NCBI GenBank assembly: GCA_021513715.1
Contig: CP084167.1
Span: 768,001-832,000, forward strand
DNA from: Candidatus Heimdallarchaeum endolithica
GTDB taxonomy: Archaea; Asgardarchaeota; Heimdallarchaeia; Heimdallarchaeales; Heimdallarchaeaceae
Direction: 5' to 3'
DNA: 64,000 nucleotides
The notes under the pieces were generated by a model, which was not told the origin of the DNA, did no database searches, and worked only from the letters and a program-made list of their open reading frames with translations. Shown in pieces: positions 21,005-30,977 of the stretch (position 1 is the stretch's first letter; every line of letters begins with the position of its first letter). The translations under genes were made by a program, and so were the position numbers.

Positions 21005-21934
21005 TTATCTATTTAACCCATCAAATTTTTGCATTAATCTATCCATCTCTTTATCTATGTCAACATAAATTGATTGATCTATCAGCATATAATTACCTTT
21101 TATGGTGACATTCTTCAAATTTAAACCTAAAATCCACTTTTCTAGATTCATTAATTCATCAAATCCAAGAAATATAGCTAGTTTTGAAAGCTTGATCGAT
21201 ATGTATTTTTCTAGTATTTTTTTGAAAATTTCATTTCTTTGAACTTTCAAGTTTTGTTTTTTAATTTCTTGGAAATAGTATCTTAATCCACTTGACAATT
21301 GTTGATATTTTAAGTAGGAAACATCCCAGTCAGCTACTTTTTTTTCTTTTTCAGATATGTATAAGCGAACCAAATTTCTAAAACCAAAAATAGGAGTTAA
21401 ATCTAGTGATCTGAAATTATTGTTTGAAATATCTAGTTCTTTGAGCGCAACACAGAAAACTATCTTTTTTAAGTTTACAGAGGTAAGACTATTATTAGAA
21501 ATATTAAGTGTTCTTAGATTTGGGAAGAGAGAAAGAGGAGAAAGACCTATAGTTTCTAAATTATTGAAAGATAGATTTAGAGATTTAATCATTGTACAAG
21601 ATATAAGGGGAGACAAGTCAATTTCAGTAATTTTATTACTCGATAAATCCAGTATTTCAAGATTTGGACAATTTCTTAGAGGTTCTAACCTGATTTTTGT
21701 TAAATTGTTGTTTGACAGACGGAGAGAGGTTAAATTAGAACAATTTTCTAAAGGAGTTAAATCCAATCTTGATAAATTATTGTTGGATAGGTTTATTGCT
21801 TCCACGTTTGGTAAATCTTTTAAGAAATCTAAATTTATAGTCATAAGATTCATATTTGATAAGTCAATTACATGATGACTTTTTTTAATTGAAAATTCTT
21901 TTTCACCCTTTGTAGTATTAAGTTTGATTTTCAT
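21005..21934 (-). CDS. Leucine-rich-repeat protein with C-terminal helical (winged-helix-like) domain
   Basis: About 8 22-aa LxxLxLSxNxL repeats. The C-terminal domain is shared with 21944-22789. ATG at 21934 follows GGTGA. Confidence 0.85.
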   Translation of the reverse strand: MKIKLNTTKGEKEFSIKKSHHVIDLSNMNLMTINLDFLKDLPNVEAINLSNNNLSRLDLTPLENCSNLTSLRLSNNNLTKIRLEPLRNCPNLEILDLSSNKITEIDLSPLISCTMIKSLNLSFNNLETIGLSPLSLFPNLRTLNISNNSLTSVNLKKIVFCVALKELDISNNNFRSLDLTPIFGFRNLVRLYISEKEKKVADWDVSYLKYQQLSSGLRYYFQEIKKQNLKVQRNEIFKKILEKYISIKLSKLAIFLGFDELMNLEKWILGLNLKNVTIKGNYMLIDQSIYVDIDKEMDRLMQKFDGLNR

Positions 21935-21943
21935 ATTTGTCAC

Positions 21944-22789
21944 CTAAATCTTTTTTCCTAAACCAAGCTCTTCATATTCTTGGAATTTGTCAAGTAGTAT
22001 GGAAATAGCAGAAACAATATCTGAATCTTGTTCTGCTTTGTTAATAATAACAATTTCATCATCTATCTTAAACAACTTTGTCGGAAGATGCAATATCCAC
22101 CTTTCTAATTCTAAAACATCATTAAATTCTAAAAGAGGAGCAAGATCATGAAGAAGAATTTTTTCCTTCTCGTAAATTATCTTCTTCAGTATTTCTTCTC
22201 TTCTTCTTTTAAGATTCTCAAGAGATTCTTGAAATTGAATCCTTTCTAACTGAAGATCTATCTGTGAATCTATTTTTGAAAGAATATTGGATGTTGAGAG
22301 TAGTTTTCGAATTATTAACTCTGTCTTTTCTGAGTTTAACAGAGTGAAATATTCTCTATTTTCAAGAAACCAATCTGTAAAAGTTCTTAAAATAGAAATT
22401 AGTTCTTTTGATTCATTTTTTTGAATATTTAGTTCTTCAGTTAATTTTTCTATTGATTCGATTTTTGGATCAAAGTATTGCAAAGTTACTATTTTTTGTT
22501 GATTCTTCGAAATTATCTTAATAAGACATTGATTCAACAGAGATAGTGAATCAAGATACTTTTTTTCACCGTTAGCAAAAGAGTAGTTTAATCTTAATTT
22601 TTCTCTCTTAGCTTTAAGTTTTTTGTTGGAAAATTTTTTAGAGAAAGACGAATAAAATTGGAAAAAATAGTTTCTAAAAATCGTTAAAATCTCTTTACTT
22701 CCCATTTTTTCATTATTAAAATCATTTATTCTATTTTCTAAATCTGAAAAAAGGCTATTTAGTTGTAAGTCAATATTTTCTTTTTTCAT
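21944..22789 (-). CDS. Coiled-coil protein with the same C-terminal domain as the adjacent LRR protein
   Basis: C-terminal LAPLLEF...LERWILHLP...FKID...LLDKF matches LAIFLGF...LEKWILGL...LMQKF. Confidence 0.75.
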   Translation of the reverse strand: MKKENIDLQLNSLFSDLENRINDFNNEKMGSKEILTIFRNYFFQFYSSFSKKFSNKKLKAKREKLRLNYSFANGEKKYLDSLSLLNQCLIKIISKNQQKIVTLQYFDPKIESIEKLTEELNIQKNESKELISILRTFTDWFLENREYFTLLNSEKTELIIRKLLSTSNILSKIDSQIDLQLERIQFQESLENLKRRREEILKKIIYEKEKILLHDLAPLLEFNDVLELERWILHLPTKLFKIDDEIVIINKAEQDSDIVSAISILLDKFQEYEELGLGKKI

Positions 22790-23136
22790 TGTTCTTCTAC
22801 TCCTAATAGAATCTTCTTTAGTAAAAATAAATTTTTCGTGAGTTATTGGCCATTTATTGTATCTGTGTAAAAAAAACTATTTTTTCTGTAAAATGTGCAA
22901 TCAAGAAGATTATACAAAATATTTTAAAATAGTTGATGAAAAAAAAATTTATTCCATTGCAATGCCATTTTTAGCTGCTGTTGTATTCTTCATTCTAGAC
23001 TTGTTTCCAATAAGAAAAAAAGTTGAATCTCACGTAAAGTGGCCTATTTTTCATGGTTCAATGTTAACCAGTATTAGTGGGTTAACTTATGCATACATTT
23101 TACAAGAAAATATGATCTTTCATGATATTAAACTCT

Positions 23137-23385
23137 CTACATAATATCACTTAGTATTCCATAAAAAATAGTATCTTGAATAGTAGAATTTCCTGTACTA
23201 TTCTTACCAATAAATACTGTATATTTTATAAAATCAAAAGAATGTTCATCATACCAACAACGGATATTTTGAATTTTTATATTTTTAATTTGCGGAAAAA
23301 TCCCTTCATTATTATTGTTATAATTCTTTAAATACAAATAAAAGGATTTTTTCTCTCTTCTCTCTCTCATAATTTTTCTTAGCAA
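23137..23385 (-). pseudogene. N-terminal remnant of an ABC/SMC-like (AAA_15/OLD-type) ATPase
   Basis: IKNIKIQNIRC...YTVFIGKNSTGNSTI is the typical start of such ATPases with a broken Walker A (K to N), truncated immediately after. Confidence 0.5.
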
Positions 23386-23513
23386 TGTTAATTCTCTTAT
23401 TATCTTCTTGATTATCTATCAAACTGATAGTGTTAGATAACTCCAAATCCCTTTTTTCTTATTCAATTAATTTAGAGGGAAGAAACAAAAGAATCAACTT
23501 TGGACTTTGGATA

Positions 23514-24716
23514 TTACCAATTTAATTCAATTTTTGTAATGTAAGCTGTGCTTCCTCCAGCATTAAAGGGTAAAATTTTTATTTTTCTTAAATAAATTTG
23601 TTTCTTTTTGTCATCAAGATAAATCAAATGATCTTTAAGAAAACCAAACCATTTATCTTCATAATACAAATAAGGTGCTACTGTTTTTATTTCTTTCTTC
23701 AAACTTGGATTTTTCTTTACAGGATTTTCAAAGATAAAACCAATAATTGATTTCATATGGTGTTCTTTCTCATTTAGTCCAAATTGGTTTAAAATCAAGT
23801 CAATTGGTTCTATGATAATTTTTCCTTCTTCAAAACCAATCCCCTATTTCTTAATTTCCCTATCATCAACATAAGAATCCAAGCCACAAATTTCACATAA
23901 GGTGTCAACTCGCTTTTTTACCCAACTGGTATTATGATCTCTATTTATAAGGAATGTTGGTTCAAATTGCCTGAAGTGAAATTTTTGAATATTTTGATTT
24001 TTTTCCACTAATCTGGAATAAATCTCAAGAATAAAAAATGAATTAGTTGAAAGTAAAGGTTCAACAAATACTAGATTTTCACTTGAATGGCATTTATTTT
24101 TATCAATTGAACTATACCTTTTTTCTTGTTCCCTGAACGCCTTAATAAATGTATCTACTCCAAAATCACTCCAGTTTATTGATTCTTGACTGATACCGAA
24201 ACTTCCTTTAGCTGAAAAACCAAAAATATAATTGTAAACTGATAGTAATTTGTTCAACTTTTCTGGACAATATTTATGTTCAGTGAATAAAGTTATAGTT
24301 TCATAATCTTCATTAAGAAGATACATCGGAATAAAAACTACTGTATTTGAAACTCTTTTCTTTGGATGTGGATTATGAATAAAATATTTTAACTTTTTAC
24401 CGTTAGAGTAAATTGGCATATTCATAATTATAGGAGGTTTTAATTGTTCTAATGTTATCTCTCTATCCTTCCAAAAGGAAATTTTCCTTTCTTGCAACAT
24501 CCAAAGTTTTTCCCATAATAATTCATCTAAACTTACTTCATCATCAAGAACTGCGCAAATGTCTGACTTATCTATTAACAACAAACTTTTGTCTTGACTA
24601 CTAATTGCGTCCTCTATCGCTGGATTAGGAAAACTACTCATTGAAATATTTAAAAAGGTGATATTATTAATCAATAATGATAAAAATAACTGGAAAAACA
24701 ATTTATGGGACAACAT
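23514..24716 (-). pseudogene. Hypothetical protein split by one in-frame TAG (23844-23846)
   Basis: ...REIKK*GIGFEEGKIIIEPID-LILNQFG... continues in frame into ORF 23514-23798. Confidence 0.65.
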
Positions 24717-24768
24717 TTATTAAAAAAATAGATGGAGAAGCAGAAAAACCTACAAAAACAAATTGATT

Positions 24769-24829
24769 CTTGGGAAAAAATAATTAAAAAACTAAAACAA
24801 GTAAAATATGAAATACTTCAAGAATCAAA
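24769..24829 (+). repeat. Left copy of ~60-bp inverted repeat (partner 25943-26002)
   Basis: cttgggaaaaaataattaaaaaactaaaaca[a/g]gtaaaatat[g/-]aaa[t/c]acttcaagaatcaaa, with 3 differences in 61 columns. Looser similarity extends to ~24722 and ~26048. Confidence 0.85.
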
Positions 24830-24924
24830 TAGGAAAAACACATACTTAGTTAGCTTTCTACGATAAAATTATTTTGAGTTTTAAACTCTGATATTTTGAA
24901 AATATTAAAGGATTATTCTGAATC

Positions 24925-25839
24925 TCATTCATTTTCCGATTTTTCATTTTTTCTTTTTAATACAACTAAAAAGAGTATACCAAAAATAATTAATGAAAGA
25001 GAAAAACTCAAATATATTTTACTTTGTGTTGAAATGTTAACCCATTCTTTCAAGAAAAGAGCGGCATAAATTGTGGGAAATAATAGTACTGAAGAGTGGT
25101 AAATCGGAACAGTGACAAGTGCTTTTGCTTTTTGATAAGAAATTTGCATCAAAATTGTTGCAATATTCGCTAAAAAGGTGTTTAACCCCCCAAGCAACCA
25201 AAATTTATAATCAGTGAGATCTATATGAATTGGTGTTGAAAAATATATACTCCAACCCTTCATTGTTATTACAGCAAGAGACATAAATATTCCAGCAGTT
25301 AAAGTATTAGGAATACCACTATAAGCAGGGTTTAAATTAAGCGAAAACTCTACAATAAGAAGTATTAAAGCAACAAATAGGAGAGAAAATTGGAATAATA
25401 CAGAAGTTCTAAAAGTAAAAAGAGACCAAAATTCATCTACAGTAGATTGAGTATTTGTTTTTGAAGAAAACAAACCAGATAAAACTACTCCTATTATAAT
25501 TAAAATGAAACTAATTACCTCTTTTAGATTCAATTTCTCTTTTAAAATAAAATATGAAAAAATAGAAAGAAACATTAAGCCAGAACCATTTATACTAGCA
25601 ACTAAAACAATATTTCCATAAGCATAAGCAAATATTGATGCGACTGTAGAAAGAAGAGTTAAAAATAAGCCTGTTAACCAAATAGGATTAGTAAGAAAAT
25701 TTCTAATATTCTTTTTTAATTTTGTTTTTTCTATGGGATCCATTTTTACAATAGCTTTCTTCTGTAAAACGTAACCTAACATTACAGAAGCATTTCCAGC
25801 TAAAGCTATAGGGATCGCTAAAATGGAAACATTAATCAT
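24925..25839 (-). CDS. DMT-superfamily transporter, NIPA (Mg2+ transporter)-like
   Basis: G..LQKKA, NP.WL.G.FL, AYAYG...LVA and FILKEKL motifs, with about 9 TM helices. Confidence 0.7.
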   Translation of the reverse strand: MINVSILAIPIALAGNASVMLGYVLQKKAIVKMDPIEKTKLKKNIRNFLTNPIWLTGLFLTLLSTVASIFAYAYGNIVLVASINGSGLMFLSIFSYFILKEKLNLKEVISFILIIIGVVLSGLFSSKTNTQSTVDEFWSLFTFRTSVLFQFSLLFVALILLIVEFSLNLNPAYSGIPNTLTAGIFMSLAVITMKGWSIYFSTPIHIDLTDYKFWLLGGLNTFLANIATILMQISYQKAKALVTVPIYHSSVLLFPTIYAALFLKEWVNISTQSKIYLSFSLSLIIFGILFLVVLKRKNEKSENE

Positions 25840-25942
25840 AAAAAAAGTTATGTAAAGAAAGTTAAAAGTGTTTTTAAAGTTCAAAAGGCTATATTTTGCT
25901 TTTCTTGGATATGAACAAAGGAAAAAATGAAGTGTTCACCAT

Positions 25943-26215
25943 TTTGATTCTTGAAGTGTTTATATTTTACCTGTTTTAGTTTTTTAATTATTTTTTCCCA
26001 AGTACCAAATTACTGTTGTAGTTTTTCCAGAGTTTCCTCTATTTTTTCCTTACTCGTTGTACTAAACAAAATATATTCTCTGTCTACAGTTATAGCATAC
26101 TCTTCAGGAAACTGATATAGCCAATGTAAAAAAGCGTCTTCATTTGTAAACCCTAATAACGAGATAACTTCTCTATAGCTATACTCTTTGTACGTTTTAT
26201 TACTTGTTGAAGTGT
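25943..26215 (-). pseudogene. Relic of the shared C-terminal helical domain, including the right copy of the inverted repeat
   Basis: Reads YKEYSYREVISLLGFTNEDAFLHWLYQFPEEYAITVDREYILF...IEETLEKLQQ*FGTWEK. It has no start codon and an internal stop. Confidence 0.65.
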
Positions 26216-26319
26216 TTGTAACCTCTCTTATTTAAATTTAATTCTTATATAATGTTTATGTTCTTAATAACTGAATTAGTTTTTTCGCTTTCTTGTTATT
26301 TTTTTCAGTTTATTTCTGT

Positions 26320-27162
26320 TTATTCTCTAACTACCCTCTTAACCTCTGGGTCGATTAAAACGTCCAACAGACCTTTATCTATAAATTCTTTCAATGGTGT
26401 AAGATCAATTTCTTGCAAACAATTGAAAGACAAATCCAATACCGATAAACTTGTACATTTCTCAAGCGGAGTTAAATCTATTTTTTCCAACTGATTTGAC
26501 CATAAATGCAACTTGTCTAGGTATTTACATTTTTTTAGCGGGGTTAAATCAATGTCTTTCAATTGATTATTGTCTAAATACAATTCTATTAAATTTATAA
26601 ATTTTTCCAGTGGGATTAAATCTATTTCCTTTAGCTGATTGTCTGATAAAGATAAACATGTTAGATTTTTACATTTTTGTAGAGGGTTTAAGTTAATGTC
26701 TTGTAATTGATTGGAAAACAAACCTAACCATGCTAGATTTGTACATTTCTCTATGGGGCTTAAATCTATTTTTTTCAACTGATTATCGTTTAAAGAAAAA
26801 TTCATCAAATTTGTACATTTTTCTAATGGAGTTAAGTCTATTTTTTTCAACTGATTATTATTCAAAAACAAAATTGTTAGGTATGTGCTTTTTTCCAAGG
26901 GAGTTAAGTCTATTTCTTTTAACTGATTATTATTCAAAAACAAAAATGTTAGATATGTACATTTTTTCAAGGGAGTTAAGTTTACTTCTTTCAACTGATT
27001 ATTTGCTAAAGACAAAAATATTAAATTTGTACATTTCTCTAGAGGAGCTAAATCTATATCAACCAACTGATTGAACGCTAAAATCACCTCTTTTGCATCT
27101 TTATTTATTTCTTTAACAAATGTTGTACCATCAGTTTTTTTTCCTCTTATCTGTATTGTCAT
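26320..27162 (-). CDS. Leucine-rich-repeat protein, 10 regular 22-aa repeats
   Basis: NQLKEIDLTPLEKCTNL..L.L repeated with 66-nt periodicity. Confidence 0.92.
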   Translation of the reverse strand: MTIQIRGKKTDGTTFVKEINKDAKEVILAFNQLVDIDLAPLEKCTNLIFLSLANNQLKEVNLTPLKKCTYLTFLFLNNNQLKEIDLTPLEKSTYLTILFLNNNQLKKIDLTPLEKCTNLMNFSLNDNQLKKIDLSPIEKCTNLAWLGLFSNQLQDINLNPLQKCKNLTCLSLSDNQLKEIDLIPLEKFINLIELYLDNNQLKDIDLTPLKKCKYLDKLHLWSNQLEKIDLTPLEKCTSLSVLDLSFNCLQEIDLTPLKEFIDKGLLDVLIDPEVKRVVRE

Positions 27163-27210
27163 TATCAGTTAGTCTTATATCTTCTTTTCTTTTAAGTTTT
27201 TTTTAATTAT

Positions 27211-28482
27211 TTAAAGAAATATTTCCTTAGTCTTTTTATTCATTGAATATACTAGAGTTGACCAACCAAAAGATTTAGCTCCCATACCTTTCCCTGTAAA
27301 TGGATTATAAAATTCTCTAAAACCACTTTTTTTAATTATTGCTATAGTTCTTTCAGCAACTTTGCCTGCAAGTTCGAACTCTTTTTGTTTATTTAATCCT
27401 AACCAAATTAAAAAATTTGTATTTACCCACGTTGGACCTCTCCAAAGAAGTTTGTCTTCAGTGGGAGAAAAAGTTGATTCATCAGCTGCAACAGAAGGAA
27501 TAGGATAAGGAAGCCAATATTCACGAGGATTGATTAGATGTTTAATAAGCGAGTTTTTAACAACTGCTGGAATATCTAATAATAGAGGAGTAAGAGAACC
27601 AACAGTTTTTACTTCAATCTGTTTAAACTTGTCTGTTCGTACATCCAAATCAAAGAATATTTTCTTATCATTGTTCCAACAATACTTAATTAGACTTTGT
27701 GTTATTTCACTTGATTTTTTATCGTATTGAAGCGCCAAATCGTCTAAACCCAATTTTTTAAGTACTTCAGCATAATTTTTTAAAGAAAAAGCTAATAGAG
27801 AATTAGTAAGTACGTCTTTAATTCTGAAAGAAGAATACTTGCAAATTTGTTCTTGTTCCCAAAAATATCGCTTTTTAAAGTCCATTAATAATTTCCGAAA
27901 TCGTAATCGTGCCTTGAGTCCGAAAAAAGGTTTATCTTTAAGTTCTAAGTCATAGCTTGGAAGGCTGTCAAGTCCGCTTTCCCAAGGATGAACAATACTA
28001 ATTAATCCTGTCTTTTCTGGGTCTCTTGTTTTTAACAAATATTGATAATGCTGATTTGTATTAGTAATTAACCTATCTTCCTTGTTAAACTCCCAACCAT
28101 TTTTACTTAAAATAAAAAGTGAATAACCGATTATTGGGGGTTGAATAAGTTCAGAATATTGTTTAGAGGGAAATAATCTATCTGTAAAAAACCACCATTT
28201 ATCCTTTTTCTGCTTCCAAAAGATCATATGAGGAAAAAATTCTTTCTCTTTTTTTCCAATAACTAAACTTTCCAACTCAGCTACTGCTCTTTTGTTATAT
28301 CCCATATTACTCCAAACAATAGAATGAAAACAACTATCCCAAAACCATTGTTGGTTGTATACTCCGGGACCAGGAGCAGTAAATACAACTTCATACTTTC
28401 TATTATCTGTAGATATTATTTTTTTAACGGAGTTTGTTGTCAAAATTTCTTTAACTTTAGAAGATAAATCAAAAGAGATCAT
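27211..28482 (-). CDS. GH63-like (mannosylglycerate hydrolase MGH1-like) glycoside hydrolase
   Basis: QWFWDSCFH, QPP, HPWESGLD, WRGPTWVNTN and GFREFYNPFTG.G.GA..FGWS. Confidence 0.85.
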   Translation of the reverse strand: MISFDLSSKVKEILTTNSVKKIISTDNRKYEVVFTAPGPGVYNQQWFWDSCFHSIVWSNMGYNKRAVAELESLVIGKKEKEFFPHMIFWKQKKDKWWFFTDRLFPSKQYSELIQPPIIGYSLFILSKNGWEFNKEDRLITNTNQHYQYLLKTRDPEKTGLISIVHPWESGLDSLPSYDLELKDKPFFGLKARLRFRKLLMDFKKRYFWEQEQICKYSSFRIKDVLTNSLLAFSLKNYAEVLKKLGLDDLALQYDKKSSEITQSLIKYCWNNDKKIFFDLDVRTDKFKQIEVKTVGSLTPLLLDIPAVVKNSLIKHLINPREYWLPYPIPSVAADESTFSPTEDKLLWRGPTWVNTNFLIWLGLNKQKEFELAGKVAERTIAIIKKSGFREFYNPFTGKGMGAKSFGWSTLVYSMNKKTKEIFL

Positions 28483-28555
28483 TTCATTAAATCAAAAGAT
28501 AAAAGACGTTTAAGTTTTTTTACATTTAAAGAAAAGCAAGGAAGAAAAAGTAAGT

Positions 28556-30232
28556 TTATTTTATAGGAATTAATTCCAATAATTGAATATTTACTCCAGT
28601 ATAAATTTCTCTAGGTCTAAAATTTCCACCGATTATTGGAGCATAAGACGGGGTTGTCAGAAAATTTGGAGGAGGAAAAATATGACCAACTTCGTTTTTC
28701 GTTGTCAAACCAAATGCATAAGGTAAAAAGATGTTCCACTTTGTTGGGTTATATGGATTAAATGGAACTTCTGAATTAATATTTATTCTCTTAACTACAT
28801 AAAACGGACCTGAATACTTTTCTAGAATTGCAGTATAGTTAGAACTAAGATATATTTCCAATTCAAGAACATACTCTACCCAGTATCTCAAATCGGAATC
28901 AACATTTATTATCACTCCATCTTTGCTAATTAAAGCTGGAATGAGCTTCTTTATCTCTAACAGTTCGAGATATTCATCTTCTGTTATTGTAGGACCCATA
29001 CCACTTGAAAAGAAGAAAGCACTAAGAAAACCAGATAAACCAAATAAAATCACTAGAGAGTATGAAAAGATTTTTTCCTAGCCTTCTTTTCTGTTTATCT
29101 AATGAAATGTTAAAGTTAGAGAAAACTAATTTCACAAAATCTTCAAGAATAATTAAACTACCAGGAGTTATAAGCGAAATAGGAACAAAAGCGAGAAGAA
29201 CAAATCGCATTCCCCATTCACTTGGAATAAAAGGTAAGGTAAGGAAAAATAGGATTACAGCCATAGATAAGACTAGAAGAGAAGAAAAGAAATATTTTCG
29301 AAATGTTTCAAAAAGAGATTTGTTTATGTTTTTAAGAGATTTAGTGAACATTTTGATGAAAAAAATAAGTCCAAAAATGTAAGGAAAAGTAAGAAAAATA
29401 ACAAAATTTGCTCTTGTTTGTTGAGTTGTAATTGTTGATGACGAAAAAAGATCCTTGATGAAACTTCTAACTTTATTGAAAGTATAAAATGTAGTAGGAA
29501 AAACAAAGTATAGAACTGTTAAGACAATCACCGTAGTCAATAGAGAAACGATAAGGATAAGACAAGTCTTTTTAGAAATTGTTTTCTTTCAATTATTACA
29601 AAAGAGAAAAGACCAATAAAGAGAAGCACTATTCCAAAAGCAGCTGTATAAAGATGAGTTGCAATGGTTAAAATAAAAGAAAAAAATGCAAGAAATACAT
29701 TTTTTTTCTTCATAAAACTTTCTTCAAGAGTAAGAATAAAGAAATAAAGAAAAAATAATAAAAAGAACACTCCAGCTAGATTTTACATAAAATCCTCGAT
29801 CATTCTAAGATAGTACCAATTAAAAACAGATAGAAAACTCCCAAGCAAACTAAATATTGTGGAATGGCTGTGCTTTTTTTCTAATATGTGATTAAGTATC
29901 AGAAATGTAGGAACAGCAATGAGAGAAGAGATTAAACTCATTGCAATCTTTATACCAAGAAATGAACCAAAAGTAACAACAAAAGGAACCATATAATAAT
30001 AAACAAAGGGGGGGTCATTAGAAGCAGTAGAACCTGTTTGTAAAATATTTTTTACTTGAATATCATAGTAGGGACCATCACGTCCGTAGGAAAGATTATA
30101 CTTAGTTAATAGTATCAAATCGAAGATAAAGGAGAAAATGACTAAAATAGATAAACTTATCCATTTATACTGTAATAATTTTTTTATATTTGATTTTTTG
30201 TCTGAGAACGAACCACTCTTGCTAGATAGCAT
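28556..30232 (-). pseudogene. Multi-TM GT-C-like membrane protein (putative glycosyltransferase) broken into four ORFs
   Basis: N-terminal GRDGPYY...NDPP loop. In-frame TAA at 29783-29785 (FM*NLAGVFF) and frameshifts at A-runs near 29569-29573 and 29071-29076. Confidence 0.65.
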
Positions 30233-30602
30233 GCTTTTTTTTTAATTATAACTCTTATAAAGTCTTATGTACCTTTGGTTTATAGTGAAAAAGCGATAAG
30301 AAAGGAAGATATGTTGATAGAAGGATTTTCTACTAGGTGTTTTCATTACATTGTGGAACCTTTATTTCAAAAGTCACATTCCCTTCTTCGTTTGTTACTA
30401 AATCGATAGTTCCATTTAATTGATAAAGCAGTTTTCTTGAGATCAATAAACCCACACTATTATGATTCTCTTTCTGAAAAGTCTCTTTAAATAATAACTG
30501 CACTATTTCGTCTTCTATTTTTGAACCATTGTTAGATATTTTTAAAACACAATTTTTGTTTCTTGAAAAAATTTGGATAAAAATTTTGGTTGCTTTTCCA
30601 TG

Positions 30603-30977
30603 AGTTGAAATTTTACGTAATTTCTTCAGGACTCTCCCCAACCAACCAACAAACTTAGCGAAAGTTGTGAAGACTGGATTAAGAGAACATGAAAGACACA
30701 GTCTTAATTAAGTTCTCCAAGGGGTTCATCTCCTTACCCCGGGCACTCATAACTCCCAAAGGGAAGCCCGGGTGTCGTAGGAATGAAACCTACGTCTTTA
30801 AGCATCTAGCTCAAGACACTAGATAAATGAGAATTAAATATATAAAGATAGCTGAAAAGTTGTGACACTCCCTAATATCTTGTATGTATTCTTTATTTAA
30901 GCAAATGTGTTTCAGGTTGTTATTGGTCTAATAACTCCACAAATTAAAAATTTAGTTTTTTACGTAAAAAAGTATCT
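30603..30977. mobile_element. 375-bp non-autonomous (MITE-like) insertion with a structured non-coding core
   Basis: CATG at both junctions (30599-30602, 30978-30981). 18-bp imperfect terminal IRs (13/18) with a perfect inner TTTTACGTAA. Removal restores the kinase frame exactly. Confidence 0.88.
30630..30825 (-). ncRNA. Candidate ~200-nt structured RNA inside the 375-bp element
   Basis: GC-richer than the flanks, with several stems (CCCGGGC/GCCCGGG, CGTAGG/CCTACG, AAGACTG/CAGTCTT, GAGAAC/GTTCTC, ATCTAG/CTAGAT). A TATA-like TTTATATATT lies at ~30837-30846 upstream on the minus strand. Strand and expression are unproven. Confidence 0.4.

Noticed and set aside
19750-21875. Antisense ORFs such as 19750-20130 and 21357-21875, and similar ones throughout the track
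   Set aside because: They are shadow frames opposite well-supported genes.
21934-21946. TAG directly followed in frame by the LRR ORF, suggesting read-through fusion
   Set aside because: TAGGTGA provides a GGTGA ribosome-binding site for ATG 21934, and each protein has its own copy of the terminal domain.
26320-27162. LRR gene as a diversity-generating retroelement target
   Set aside because: No reverse transcriptase or template repeat is in the window, and differences between units are not adenine-specific.
30603-30641. Start of ORF 30333-30641 as an independent gene
   Set aside because: The first 13 codons come from the inserted element; the rest is the kinase C-terminus.
30689-30826. 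45-codon plus-strand ORF (MKDTVLIKF...) inside the 375-bp element; also tRNA, hammerhead or group II intron identity for the core
   Set aside because: No recognisable protein motif, cloverleaf, complete hammerhead core or domain-V consensus could be seen.
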